Shown here piece after piece: positions 11,488 to 21,559 of a stretch of DNA of 32,000 bases; position 1 is the stretch's first letter, and each line of letters opens with the position of its first letter. Made by a program: the position numbers and the translations under genes. The stretch lies in NCBI RefSeq assembly GCF_018420025.1, contig NZ_JAEDAM010000008.1, forward strand, positions 6,451 to 38,450. Direction: 5' to 3'. The stretch is from Candidatus Vampirococcus lugosii. GTDB taxonomy: Bacteria > Patescibacteriota > Gracilibacteria > Absconditabacterales > Absconditicoccaceae. The notes under the pieces are model-generated. The model searched no databases and was not told the origin of the DNA. It was given only the letters and a program-made list of their open reading frames with translations.

Positions 11488-11670
11488 ATGACGGCTGAAC
11501 TCTTTTCAAATGAGACTGTAGAAACTCATGAACACAGTGATGGTTATTGTATAATAGTTTGCGAATATTGCGGTGTTACTATGCCGAATCATCATTGGTC
11601 TTGTAAACAAGAAGGCTATCTTCTATGTGAAGAATGCTTTCATAGCTATATAGATGGTGAGATCAACTAA
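11488..11670 (+). CDS. Small cysteine/histidine-rich metal-binding (zinc-ribbon-like) protein, 60 aa
   Basis: MTAELFSNETVETHEHSDGYCIIVCEYCGVTMPNHHWSCKQEGYLLCEECFHSYIDGEIN. The cysteine pattern is C-x3-C-x2-C...C-x7-C-x2-C. The gene has a strong SD, visibly higher GC than its surroundings, four GGN glycine codons and no TGA. Confidence 0.6.
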   Translation: MTAELFSNETVETHEHSDGYCIIVCEYCGVTMPNHHWSCKQEGYLLCEECFHSYIDGEIN

Positions 11671-11689
11671 ATAGCTATGAATTTGTGTT

Positions 11690-11717
11690 GTAGGGATTAT
11701 TTATCTCTACTTTTTTA
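11690..11717 (+). terminator. Rho-independent terminator
   Basis: GTAGGGAT-tattt-ATCTCTAC forms an 8-bp stem with one G:U pair, followed by TTTTTTAT, 20 nt after the stop codon. Confidence 0.55.
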
Positions 11718-11763
11718 TATGTATAGTAAATAAAAAATTTAAATAATATAATTATATTTAATA

Positions 11764-12399
11764 ATGAATATTTTTTTTGTAAAATCAATATGAGATATAA
11801 ATTTTTTGGAAAATAATGAATTTGAAGAAAATATAAAAAAATTATGAATAAAAAAAGATGTAATAGATATATTTGGTTTGAAATGAATTTATATAAATGA
11901 AAAGAATTTTGAAGATATTAAAGATATATTACCACTTATGAATTGAATGTTTTGAAAATATTATTTTATAGATTCTTGTATTTGAGATGATAATATAATA
12001 TTATGAAAAAATATATTTGATGTAGAATATGATGAAAAAAAATTAAAAGATATTACTGAAAATATAGAAAATATAAAAAAAGATATAAATTCTGATAAAC
12101 TTATAACAAGAACTAAAAAAGAAGAATATTTTGAAACTATAAAAGAAAGTATATATTTGATAATATCTTTTTTGATAAAAACATATTTTATACTTACCGA
12201 TACTATAGAAAATAAAGAAGAACTTGAAAAAATTATTAATTCTTCTTCTATTGAAGAATTTAAAGCAAATGCATATTTGATAAACGAAGTTTGATTTCAA
12301 AAAATAGAACTTTTAACTACAAGATTTGAAATAATATCTAAACAATTAAGTTATTTCTCATTGATAATGAATCAATATTTTAAAAATTATATAAAATAA
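11764..12399 (+). CDS. Hypothetical protein (211 aa)
   Basis: The table-25 frame is open from ATG 11764 to TAA 12397-12399, with about 9 in-frame TGA. The standard-code ORF 12043-12300 on the minus strand is its antisense shadow. No family recognised. Confidence 0.5.
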
Positions 12400-12699
12400 T
12401 AATATGATAAAATACAATATAAAAAATGAATATTATTGGTTATACTCTCAAAATAATATATGAATATATTGACCTTTTGAATCTGTTTTTGTGAAATGAG
12501 AATTTTTATGAAAAAAATTTAATTGCGATATATCTAATTTAAAAACTTGGAAACATTGTATATGATATTATAATTGAAGGATTTTTTTGTTTGAAGAAAT
12601 TAATGATAAATTATTTTTAAAAAATATTTAAAAATATCTTGCAATATTAAATATTATATGTAAATATAAGTCAATATATTTATCTATAATAAAATAATT

Positions 12700-14430
12700 A
12701 TGCAAAATAATATATCTTTTACGAGTGAAATAATAGAAACAAAAAATGGTTTTTGTGAAACTATTGATAAATTGTTAATATCGGAAGCTTTTCAAAAATC
12801 TTTTGAACTTATTTTAGATAAAAATCTAAAATATAATAAAGATTATTTTTTATGAATATTATCAAAAATAAAAAATAATCAAAATTTGGAAAAATCTGAA
12901 AAAATAGATTTTATACATTTTGTTAGTGATAAAGAAATAATTTTAACTGCAGAAAAAATAATGTTAAAATTAAAAATTATAAATTTTTCTTTGGAAGAAG
13001 TTAAAATATTTTTGGAACAATATCCAGTATCAAAAATTATTGATAATTTAATACAAAAATCTAAAAGAGAAATATTTGAAACTATGGAGTGAGATATAGT
13101 AGAAAAAATGGTTGAATATGATGATTGAGAATTACTTATATATAAACAAATTATAAATAATACAGATAAATATTGTATAAAAAAATTATGAGAAAAATTA
13201 AAAAATGAAGATTTTAAATTTAATGTTATTTTTGATGTACAAGAAATAAATTGAGAAATTTATTCTAAAGTTAAAATATGAGAAAAACAATGATATATTA
13301 AACTATGACAAGAAAATAATACAGAAAATTTAATAAAATTTGATTTAGTTTGAAATTTACAAGAAATAAATTGAGAAATTTATTATGAAGTTAAATTATG
13401 AAATATAGAATGATATATTAAATTATGAAATGAAAATGGTGATATACTTGATATAGAATATATAAAAAAAATTAATTGAAATTCAAATTTGGAACAACAA
13501 AAAGATATAAAACCAAAAAATGAATGATTAGAAATAGCAGTTGAATATCAAAATTTAGATATGAAAGTATTTAGAAAAAAAATAAAAAATATATATAAAT
13601 ATTGTACAAAAAATAATTGAGATTCTATAGAAAAAAAAGATTTTAAATTTGATTGAATTTGGGATTTACAAGAAATAAATTGAGAAATTTATTATAAAGC
13701 TAAATTATGATCAAAAGAATGATATGTTAAATTATGAGATGAAGATAATGCAGAAAATTTAATAAAATTTGATTTAGTTTGAAATTTACAAGAAATTTAT
13801 TGAGAATATTTTTATAAAACTAAATTATGATCAAAAAAATGATATATTAAATTATGAGATGAAAATAATGCAGAAAATTTAATAAAATTTGATTTAGTTT
13901 GAAATTTACAAGAAATAAATTGAAAATATTATTATAATGTATTATTATTACATAATAAAATTCAAAAAGGATGATATATTAAATTATGAGATGAAAATAA
14001 TGCAGAAAATTTAGTAAAATTTGATTGAGTTTGAAATTTACAAGAAATAAATTGAGAATATTATTATATATGAAAAATATTATCTAATAAAATTCAGAAA
14101 GAATGATATATTAAATTATGAGATGAAGATAATGCAGAAAATTTAGTAAAATTTGATTGAGTTTGAAATTTGCAAGAAATTGATTGAGAATATTATTATA
14201 TATGAAAAATATGATCAAAAAAATGATGTATAAGATTATGAGATGAAAATAATATACAAGATTTGATTAAATTTAATTGGGTTTTTAATGTAGAAAAAAG
14301 AAATTGACAAATTATTTATTATGCCTCATTATGAAATCACTTATGATATGTAATTTATTCAGAAAGTATATTTTATTTTAGTAAATCAAAATATGGCGAA
14401 AATAAAATAGAATTAAAAAATATTAAATAA
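12700..14430 (+). CDS. Tandem-repeat protein with about 8 WG-like beta-repeat units (576 aa), tentative family
   Basis: A unique N-terminal region of about 170 aa is followed by 40-44 aa units, FDLVGNLQEINGEIYYKAKLGSKEGYIKLGDENNAENLIK. The motif x-G-Y-I-K-L-G-D-E resembles the WG/KWG repeat core (GyId..Gk). The repeat glycines are encoded by TGA. No signal peptide or TM is evident. Confidence 0.6.
13222..14340 (+). repeat. 120/132-bp in-frame tandem repeats with long near-identical DNA stretches
   Basis: The marker caagaaat(a/t)(a/t)attga recurs at 13240, 13360, 13669, 13789, 13909 and 14041, with a diverged copy (caagaaattgattga) at 14173. Spacings are 120, 309, 120, 120, 132 and 132 bp. 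Blocks such as aatgcagaaaatttaataaaatttgatttagtttgaaatttacaagaaat are identical between units. Confidence 0.85.
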
Positions 14431-14466
14431 TTCTTACTAAAATATAGTAAATTAATTTAGTATTAT

Positions 14467-16425
14467 TTAAAAATAATGTTTTCACATATAATATAAGATA
14501 AATCAATAATAATATCTATGTTGCATTGTCTCTCCTTTCATTCTTTGTTTATCTCAATTATAGTTTTTCATAAGAACATATTTTTCTTGACTATCAGAAT
14601 TATTTATTACTTCATTTATCATTTGATCAAAATTTGTTCTATTTACACTAACTCATTTATTTAATAAATATTTGGATACATTTTTGTATAGATTTTCTTT
14701 ATTTGACAAAATTTGATTTTTTTCAAAATTTGATAATCTATTTGTCCAATCTTCAAGTCTTTTCAAATATAGCATTCATATATCTATATTATTTTGTATA
14801 TCTAATCTTGACTTTCTATTTCTCAATTGATTAAGACTATAGAATCAGTTTCTATCTAGCATATTTTTTATAATTTCACGATCATATCTATTTGGATGTT
14901 TTATCATATCAGAGATAACTATTCATGTTATTTGAAAAAGACCAGATGATCAACTATGGCTTACAGCTTCAGTTTCAAAAATTGATTCCATATAAACTAA
15001 TGCCAAAACATCATTTTTTTCCATTATGTCTAAATTGTAATTATCAAATTTTTCCAATATAATATTAATTATATCTTGATATCTTTCAACTATTTCATTT
15101 TCATTTATATTTTCAAATTTATTTTCATCATTTTCATCATTTTCATCATTTTCATCATTTTCATTAATTTCTATACTTTCATTTTCATTATTTCATAATA
15201 TAATTTCATATATATTTATTTCTTGACCAATATTTATTCTATTTATATTACTAATTCAATTGTTTTGATTTATTACAAATTGTTTAAAATCACTCCACTT
15301 CATAGAAGTATGATCAAATAATTTATTAAAAATACTTCTCATATTATCTCAAGATTGAATTTTATATATTCATTTTTCATTATCAAATCAATTTATATTA
15401 TTCAATCATTTTTTGAAATTGTTTATTATTTCTATTTCAACATTTTCATCACTATCATCTATTTCAATATTTTCATCATTTTCATCTATTTCAATATTTT
15501 CATCATTTTCATCTATTTCAATATTTTCATCATTTTCATCTATTTCAATATTTTCATCAATTTCATCTATTTCAATACTTTCAACACTATCAATATAAGT
15601 TTTATTATTTTTTATAAATTTTATTAATTTTTTATTTTGTATATTTCATTTATTATCAATATTGTCATCATAATACATTTCAAATATATTTATCAAATTT
15701 ATTTTATCTCATATATTTAATAAATTTTGATTATTAATATTTCTGTTTCATCAAAAATTTGTTTGATCTTGCTCCCTTATATATTTATAAAATTCTCATT
15801 GTGATATTCATGTTTCTTCAAATAAATTATTATAAATATTACTTAACCAGTAATCTCTACCTTGATTTATAATAATATTTCAATTTTCTTGTATATCATT
15901 ATATTTTGAATTTATATATTTATCAAATATATCAATAGAAACTGATTTAGAATTAGATTCTAAATTTTCTGTAGAATTATTTCAATTTATTCATTTTATA
16001 TGTTCTGATAAATCTTCTTGTGTATATGAAACAACTTGTTGTATTTCTTTTTCTTGTTGTTTTAATAATTCTTGATATTCAGGAGTTTCTCAAAATTTTT
16101 TTTCTATTAAATAATCAAAAACTTTAATTATATTTATTTTATCTCATATAGAAATAATATTTATATTTGATATTTTACTTACATTTTCAACAGCTTCAAA
16201 AAAATCGATCTCGCTTATATCTATTCAAAATAAAAATTCAGTTTGTTTATTGAAATTATTATATATTTTATTTAAATTATCTCATCTTGAGATTGTATAT
16301 ATTCAAGTTTCATTATCAAAATTATCAATATCATTAAATTTACTAATTATATTTTTTATATAATCTTCAATATTATAAATATCATTATTTTCTTCAATAG
16401 TATCTGAAATTTTTTCTAAATTCAT
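14467..16425 (-). CDS. LysM-domain lytic transglycosylase (SLT family) with acidic repeat linkers (652 aa)
   Basis: Two LysM-like segments (GIYTISRGDNLNKIYNNF; GIYKIQSGDNMRSIFNKLF...INIGQEINIY) precede a C-terminal SLT catalytic signature LALVYMESIFETEAVSHSGSSGLFQIT (the E-S...G-L-x-Q-I motif). Confidence 0.75.
15121..15163 (-). repeat. 9-bp coding tandem repeat (attttcatc x about 4.5) encoding (NDE)n
   Basis: The sequence attttcatcattttcatcattttcatcattttcat is directly visible. It translates as ENDENDENDENDEN on the minus strand. Confidence 0.85.
15453..15590 (-). repeat. 27-bp coding tandem repeat (about 5 copies) encoding (ENIEIDEND)n
   Basis: tcatctatttcaata(t/c)ttt recurs at 15455, 15482, 15509, 15536 and 15563, an exact 27-bp period. 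It also generates two spurious plus-strand ORFs in the supplied track. Confidence 0.9.
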
Positions 16426-16541
16426 TTTTTACATAATTTATGTATAAAAATATAATTATATTATATATATAAATTATGTATTGTCAAAAAATAACAATTT
16501 TTTGAATTATGATAACAAATAATAATATAAAATATTAAGAT

Positions 16542-18017
16542 TTATCAAAATTTCCAAGGAGTTCATTCTATATTTCAATTTATAGTTTGTTTTCCAAAAA
16601 TTGTTTTTTCATAAAATTCTTTCAAATTATTAGAATTTGCATAAGATAAGGAACTTGCTAATGCTCAATGAAATTTTCTAATTATTTCAAAAAATGATCA
16701 ATCTCATTTGTATGGAACTATATCATCTGCTCATTCATCAAATATAGGTCAATAATTATTTGATTGAAATCAAGAAAGTTTATTTGCTTTCAAAGATTCT
16801 TTAAAACTTGCCATTCATCTATAATCTTTATATAATTTTCAATCTATATTTCTAAGTTGTCAAACTGCTTTATCAGTACCAGCAAAAATTGATCACATCA
16901 TACCAAAATCTGCTCAAACTGCTATAGCTTTTGCCAAATTTCAAGCTTCTTTTATTCATCAATCTGCAATTATTTTAACATTATTGAATCATTTTTTATC
17001 CAAAGCTTGTCTTATTTCCCATATAGCTGATAATTGAGGTTTACCAAATCAAGTTTGAATTCTAGTTTTACAAGCTCATCAAGGTCATATTCATACCTTT
17101 AATATATCTGCTCATTCTTTTGCAAATTCTATAGCTGCTTTAGGATTATCAATATTTCAAGCTGTCAATAATATATTTGGAAAATTATTTCTAATTTTTC
17201 TCAAAACTTTTATAAATCTATCATTGTATCAATGAGCTGTATCAAAAACTATCATATCAACTCATTGAGAAACTAGTAAAGAAGTTCTATCAATAGGATC
17301 TCTATTAATTCATAATGCAGCAGCTACTACAAGTCTACCAAAATTATCTCTAGCAGAATTTGGAAATGTTTTATAAAAATCTAATCATTTTTTGGTAAAT
17401 AATCAAATTAATTTTTTTTCACTATTTAAAATAGCTAATTGTTCTACTTTTGATTTTTTAAGTTTTTTCTCTCAAATTTCCAAATCAATATTTAAATCAT
17501 TTGATTCTATATAAAATAAATCATCAAATTTTGTCATTAAATCACTTGCACAATCATTATCGCTATCTGCACTATTTATATCCCTTTTGGTAATAATTCA
17601 TTTTAAATTATTATTATCACTTACAATTAATGCTCATATTGAATATTCTTCAAAAATATTTTTTATATCTTTTACTATAGTATCAGAACTAATACTTATA
17701 GGATCTGATATTATAGGACTTGCATATTTTTTAACTTTATTTATTTGATATATTTGTTCTTGTATTTCATAATTTTGATGAATAACTCAAATTCATCACA
17801 TTAATGCCAAGTATTTAGCAAAATTTCAATCCATAACTGTAGACATATTTGCTCATAATATAGGAAGATTAAGTTTTAAATTTTTTATTTTTACTGAAAG
17901 ATCTATATTTCTTCTACTATGAATAGTAGATTTTTCATTTATCAATAAAAAAACATCATCAAATGTAAGTTTTGTTCAATCATCTGGAAAATTAAATTTG
18001 TCTTCTCGCTTTTTCAT
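16542..18017 (-). CDS. guaB: IMP dehydrogenase GuaB with CBS pair (491 aa)
   Basis: LTFDDVFLL, GGIGVIHQN, a CBS-like insert, catalytic loop KVGIGPGGACKTR (Cys retained), IADGGI, and GADFGMMGSIFAG. Confidence 0.85.
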
Positions 18018-18068
18018 TATATAATTTTATTTAAATATTAAAATTTATTTTTTTATAGTAAAAATATT

Positions 18069-19349
18069 TTAATTAAGTATTTTAAAATTTTTTTTACCTT
18101 TTCTCAAAATTCATACTTTTGATTTAATTAAATCATCTCTTGAAATTATTTTTTCTATACTTTCTATTTTTTCCTCATTAAAATATATTGCTCAAGATTT
18201 AATAATTTTTTTTGCATCAGAATTTGACGAACTTAAACCTAATTTTGTTAGTAAGTCTATTATTTTAATTTCTCAATTTATTTTTATTCAACCAGTTTCA
18301 TTTTGTGTTGCTTTTATTTCTTCTTCATCCATTGAATTTAATATATCCAATTTATTTTCTTTGGAAAACATAATTTTGGAGATTTTTTTTGCTTGATTTG
18401 ATTCTTTTTCTCCAAAAATAGTTTTAACTACATTATCAGCTAATATCTCTTGTCAAAATCTATTTTCTGGATTATTATTATGTTTTTCAATTATTTTTTG
18501 TATTTCATCAAAATTCAATATTGTATAAATTTTCAAAAATCTTTCTATATCATCATCATTACAATTCATAAAATATTGATATACAAAATATGGACTTGAT
18601 TTAGTTTTATCAAGCCAAATAGCATTTCATTCAGATTTTCCAAATTTCTTACCATTACTATCCAAAATCAACGGAGCAGACACTACAAATCATTCTTTAT
18701 TAATAATTTTTCTTATTAATTCTATTCAAGTAACTCAATTTCACCATTGATCAGAACCACATATTTGTAGTTTACAATTTTTTTCTTTATATAATTTGAC
18801 AAAATCATATGCCTGTATCAACATATAAGAAAATTCAGTATAAGAAATACTTTTGTCTGGATCTTCAATTCTCTTTTTTACAGTTTCTTTATTTATCATA
18901 TTATTTACTGTGATATATTTTCCTACATTTCTAAGAAAATCCAAAAAATTAATATTTTCATAAAAATCGTAATTATCAACAATTTCATAATCAATTTTTT
19001 TTCATAATAATTTTTCCAAATTTGATATAATTTCTTGCATTTGTTTAGATAAACTTTTTATATTTTTTTGTAAACTTTCTTTATCCAAAAATTCTCTATC
19101 ACTATCTCTTCAACTTGGATCTCATATCATACCAGTTGCTCATCAAATTAATAATATTAATTTATTTCATTTCAAAATGTAATTTAATGCATTCATAAAT
19201 ACAGTAAAATGACCTATATGCATACTATCAGCAGTAGGATCTACCCCAAAATATAATGTTTGTCATCATTTATCATATAAATCAAAAACTTCTTCATTAC
19301 TAAATTGATAAACTAATCATTTATTTTCCAATATATTTTTAAGTTTCAT
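18069..19349 (-). CDS. tyrS: Tyrosine--tRNA ligase TyrS (426 aa)
   Basis: [15 protein letters not shown] (HIGH motif), LIGGATGMIGDPSG, GSDQWGNG, KFGKS (KMSKS motif), and a C-terminal S4-like domain. Confidence 0.9.
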
Positions 19350-19736
19350 AAAATATTTGTTTAAAATTTAAATTTATTTGACAGTATATAAAAAATAAAT
19401 AATAAATCAACTTTTTTTATTGAAATAAATGTTATTTTATATATATAGAGTAAAAGACTAAAGAAATCTTTCTTCTTTTAGTTTATAGTATAAAGAAAGC
19501 AAATTTTTCTAATACTGTCTTAATACTACCTCTTAAATCTTTTAAAGGAAAAATAAATAATAATTTTAATGTATTTTTACAAAAATCAAAAAGTCTTTGA
19601 CTGAATAAAGATTCTATAGTAGATATATCTTGATTAAGGCAAATATCAAAAAAAAGAATAAATAAGAGATTATGAAAGATTTCAAAAGAAAATATATCTG
19701 AAATTGATAATAGAATTTTATTTATTTTTTGAATAA

Positions 19737-19768
19737 AAAATAAGGAGTAAATTATTACCCCTTATTTT
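19737..19768. terminator. Orphan terminator-like hairpin (14-bp stem with one mismatch, A-tract and T-tract on either side)
   Basis: AAAATAAGGAGTAA-atta-TTACCCCTTATTTT. No annotated gene ends nearby on either strand. Confidence 0.35.
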
Positions 19769-19775
19769 AGTTCCA

Positions 19776-19816
19776 CCACTTAAATTTATAAGTGGTCCAA
19801 AGATTTAAAATCTTTG
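19776..19816. other. Two further adjacent perfect hairpins
   Basis: CCACTTA-aattta-TAAGTGG lies at 19776-19795 and CAAAGAT-ttaaa-ATCTTTG at 19798-19816. This patch is locally GC-richer than the surrounding spacer. Confidence 0.35.
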
Positions 19817-19861
19817 ATAGTAAACACACTATAATAATTTTATCAATAATTGCAAGAAAAA

Positions 19862-19987
19862 ATGAAAAACTTCACAAACCTACTTTCTATTATCTTCCTA
19901 ATTTGTCTAGGATTACTTGCTTTTCATAGCAAATCTAAAATTGATTTTTCTTCAAAAATATATATTCTAATTAAAAAATTTATTTAA
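19862..19987 (+). pseudogene. Duplicated 5' fragment of the GT39-like gene (41 codons: N-terminal TM helix, then unrelated tail)
   Basis: MKNFTNLLSIIFLICLGLLAFHS matches MQNNITKFTNLLSIIFLTCLGLLAFHS at 21560. Homology ends at 19931, and the frame terminates at TAA 19985-19987. Confidence 0.55.
19871..19931 (+). repeat. Direct repeat, left copy (61 bp)
   Basis: ttcacaaacctactttctattatcttcctaatttgtctaggattacttgcttttcatagca is 59/61 identical to 21581-21641. Weaker similarity extends back to the ATG, with a 12-nt indel. Confidence 0.9.
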
Positions 19988-20000
19988 CAAAAACATTTAT

Positions 20001-21434
20001 ATGATTGATTTAAAAGCATTATTAAAAAATTTATTATTTATCTCTGAATGAGAATGATATGTTGAATTCAAAGAAAATTTTGATAAAGAAAGGGATTGAA
20101 AAAATATTTCTGCTATATCAAATATAGCACTTCTAAAATGAAAGGAATTTGGTTATATAGTTTATTGAATTGAAGATAAAACAAAAAAAGTTATTTGAAC
20201 AAAATTCAATCCAAATAATGAATTTTTTTGAAATCAAAATATAAAAATGTGGTATTCTCAAAAAATAACACCAAAACTAGACTTAGAATATCTTGAAATA
20301 GAGTATGAATGAAAAAATATTGTGATAATAAAAATCCCTTCTGCAAGTGATAAACCTATAGAATTTGACTCAAAAGCATATATAAGAATATGAGAATCAA
20401 CAACGACTCTTTCAAAATATCCTGAACTTGAAAGAAAAATATGGAATAATGAAAAAAATAAAAATTTTGAAAAACAATTAGCATCAAATAACCTAAAGGT
20501 AGATGAAATTTTAAAATTATTAGATTATGATAAATACTTTCAATTAAGTAAACAAGAATTACCTACTGAAACTTCAAAATTTCTTGAAAAAATGAATCAA
20601 GACAATTTAGTAAAGTTAAATAATGATTGAACTTATAATATAACTGTATTATGAGCAATTTTATTTGCAAGAAATATTGAAAATTTTTCTATAATAAAGA
20701 GAAAAACTATTAGAGTTATAACTTATGATTGAACAACAAAAGTAAAAAGAAAAAATGATATTGAATGAAAATATTGATATGCTATATGATTTGAATGACT
20801 AATTGATTATATCATATCTCAAGTTTGAAATAATGAAGAGATTACAAAAGCATTAAGAAAAAATACTAAAATTTATCCTGAAATAGCTTTAAGAGAGTTT
20901 ATTGCAAATGCTATAATACATCAAGATTTTTCAGTAACTTGAACTTGATCTCTTATTGAAATTTATTCAAACAGAATTGAAATAACAAATCCTTGAGTTC
21001 CTCTTATAGATACAGAAAGGTTTATAGATCATCCTCCCAGATCTAGAAATGAAGATTTAGCTTCTTTAATGAGAAGGTTTTGATTTTGTGAAGAAAGTTG
21101 ATCATGAGTTGATAGAGCTTTGATAAATATTGAATTATATCAATTACCTGCACCTAAGTTTGAAACTTTTGATGATTTTACAAAAATTACTTTATACACT
21201 CCTAGACCTTTAAAAGATATGACAAAAGATGATAAGATAAGGGCTTGTTATCAACACTGTGTATTGATGTATATAAAAATGGAAGAAAAGATGACAAATA
21301 AAAGTTTAAGAGAAAGATTAAATATTCCAGAAACAAATTATCCAGCTGCTTCAAAAATAATATCTGATACTCTAAAAGCTTGAAAAATAAAAGAATGAGA
21401 AAGATCTAAAGAATATATACCATGGTGGGCTTAA
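20001..21434 (+). CDS. Schlafen-like AlbA_2 (divergent AAA) + HATPase_c_4 + C-terminal HTH protein (COG2865-type), 477 aa
   Basis: The N-terminus has SEGEGYVEFKENF...KNIVIIKIPSASDKPI (AlbA_2 pattern). The central part has REFIANAIIHQDFSVTGTGSLIEIYSNRIEITNPGVPL (HATPase_c_4 / RecG-C-like pattern). The C-terminus has a winged-helix-like MTNKSLRERLNIPETNYPAASKIISD. Gly is heavily TGA-encoded. Confidence 0.7.
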
Positions 21435-21438
21435 TATT

Positions 21439-21544
21439 ATGTAGTGAGTATGTAGTATTTTATAAATTTAATATTAAAATACTTTAATAAAGCCTTATTT
21501 TAAAACATTTTTAACATGTAGTGAGCATGTAGTATTTTATAAAT
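21439..21544 (+). promoter_or_regulatory. Iteron-like repeats: two 29-bp direct repeats, each holding two ATGTAGT heptads
   Basis: ATGTAGTGAGTATGTAGTATTTTATAAAT lies at 21439-21467 and ATGTAGTGAGCATGTAGTATTTTATAAAT at 21516-21544. The heptads start at 21439, 21450, 21516 and 21527, giving spacings of 11, 77 and 88 bp. Confidence 0.6.
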
Positions 21545-21559
21545 AATAACTCCAAAAAA

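Noticed and set aside
12426-12542. 38-codon ORF (MNIIGYTLKIIYEYIDLLNLFLGNENFYEKNLIAIYLI) in the 300-bp gap before the repeat-protein gene
   Set aside because: It has no SD, no recognisable motif and no supporting context. In AT-rich sequence under table 25, ORFs of this size arise by chance.
15355-15627. Two overlapping plus-strand ORFs with striking periodic sequence (FIIFIYFNI... / SSISIFSSF...), and the possibility of a CRISPR-like array
   Set aside because: The periodicity is an exact 27-bp tandem repeat with no unique spacers between units, so it is not a CRISPR array. It lies inside, and antisense to, the LysM-SLT gene, where it encodes (ENIEIDEND)n.
19350-19420. Possible T-box or other leader upstream of tyrS
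   Set aside because: A plausible TTGATT/TATACT promoter on the minus strand leaves only a leader of roughly 35 nt before the tyrS ATG. That is far too short for a T-box riboswitch.
19798-19816. Hairpin with a 7-nt loop TTTAAAA that could mimic a tRNA-Leu(UAA) anticodon arm
   Set aside because: No acceptor stem, no D-arm with GG, and no T-arm (GTTC-type) can be built from the flanking sequence on either strand. The neighbouring 7-bp hairpin is too long for a D-arm.
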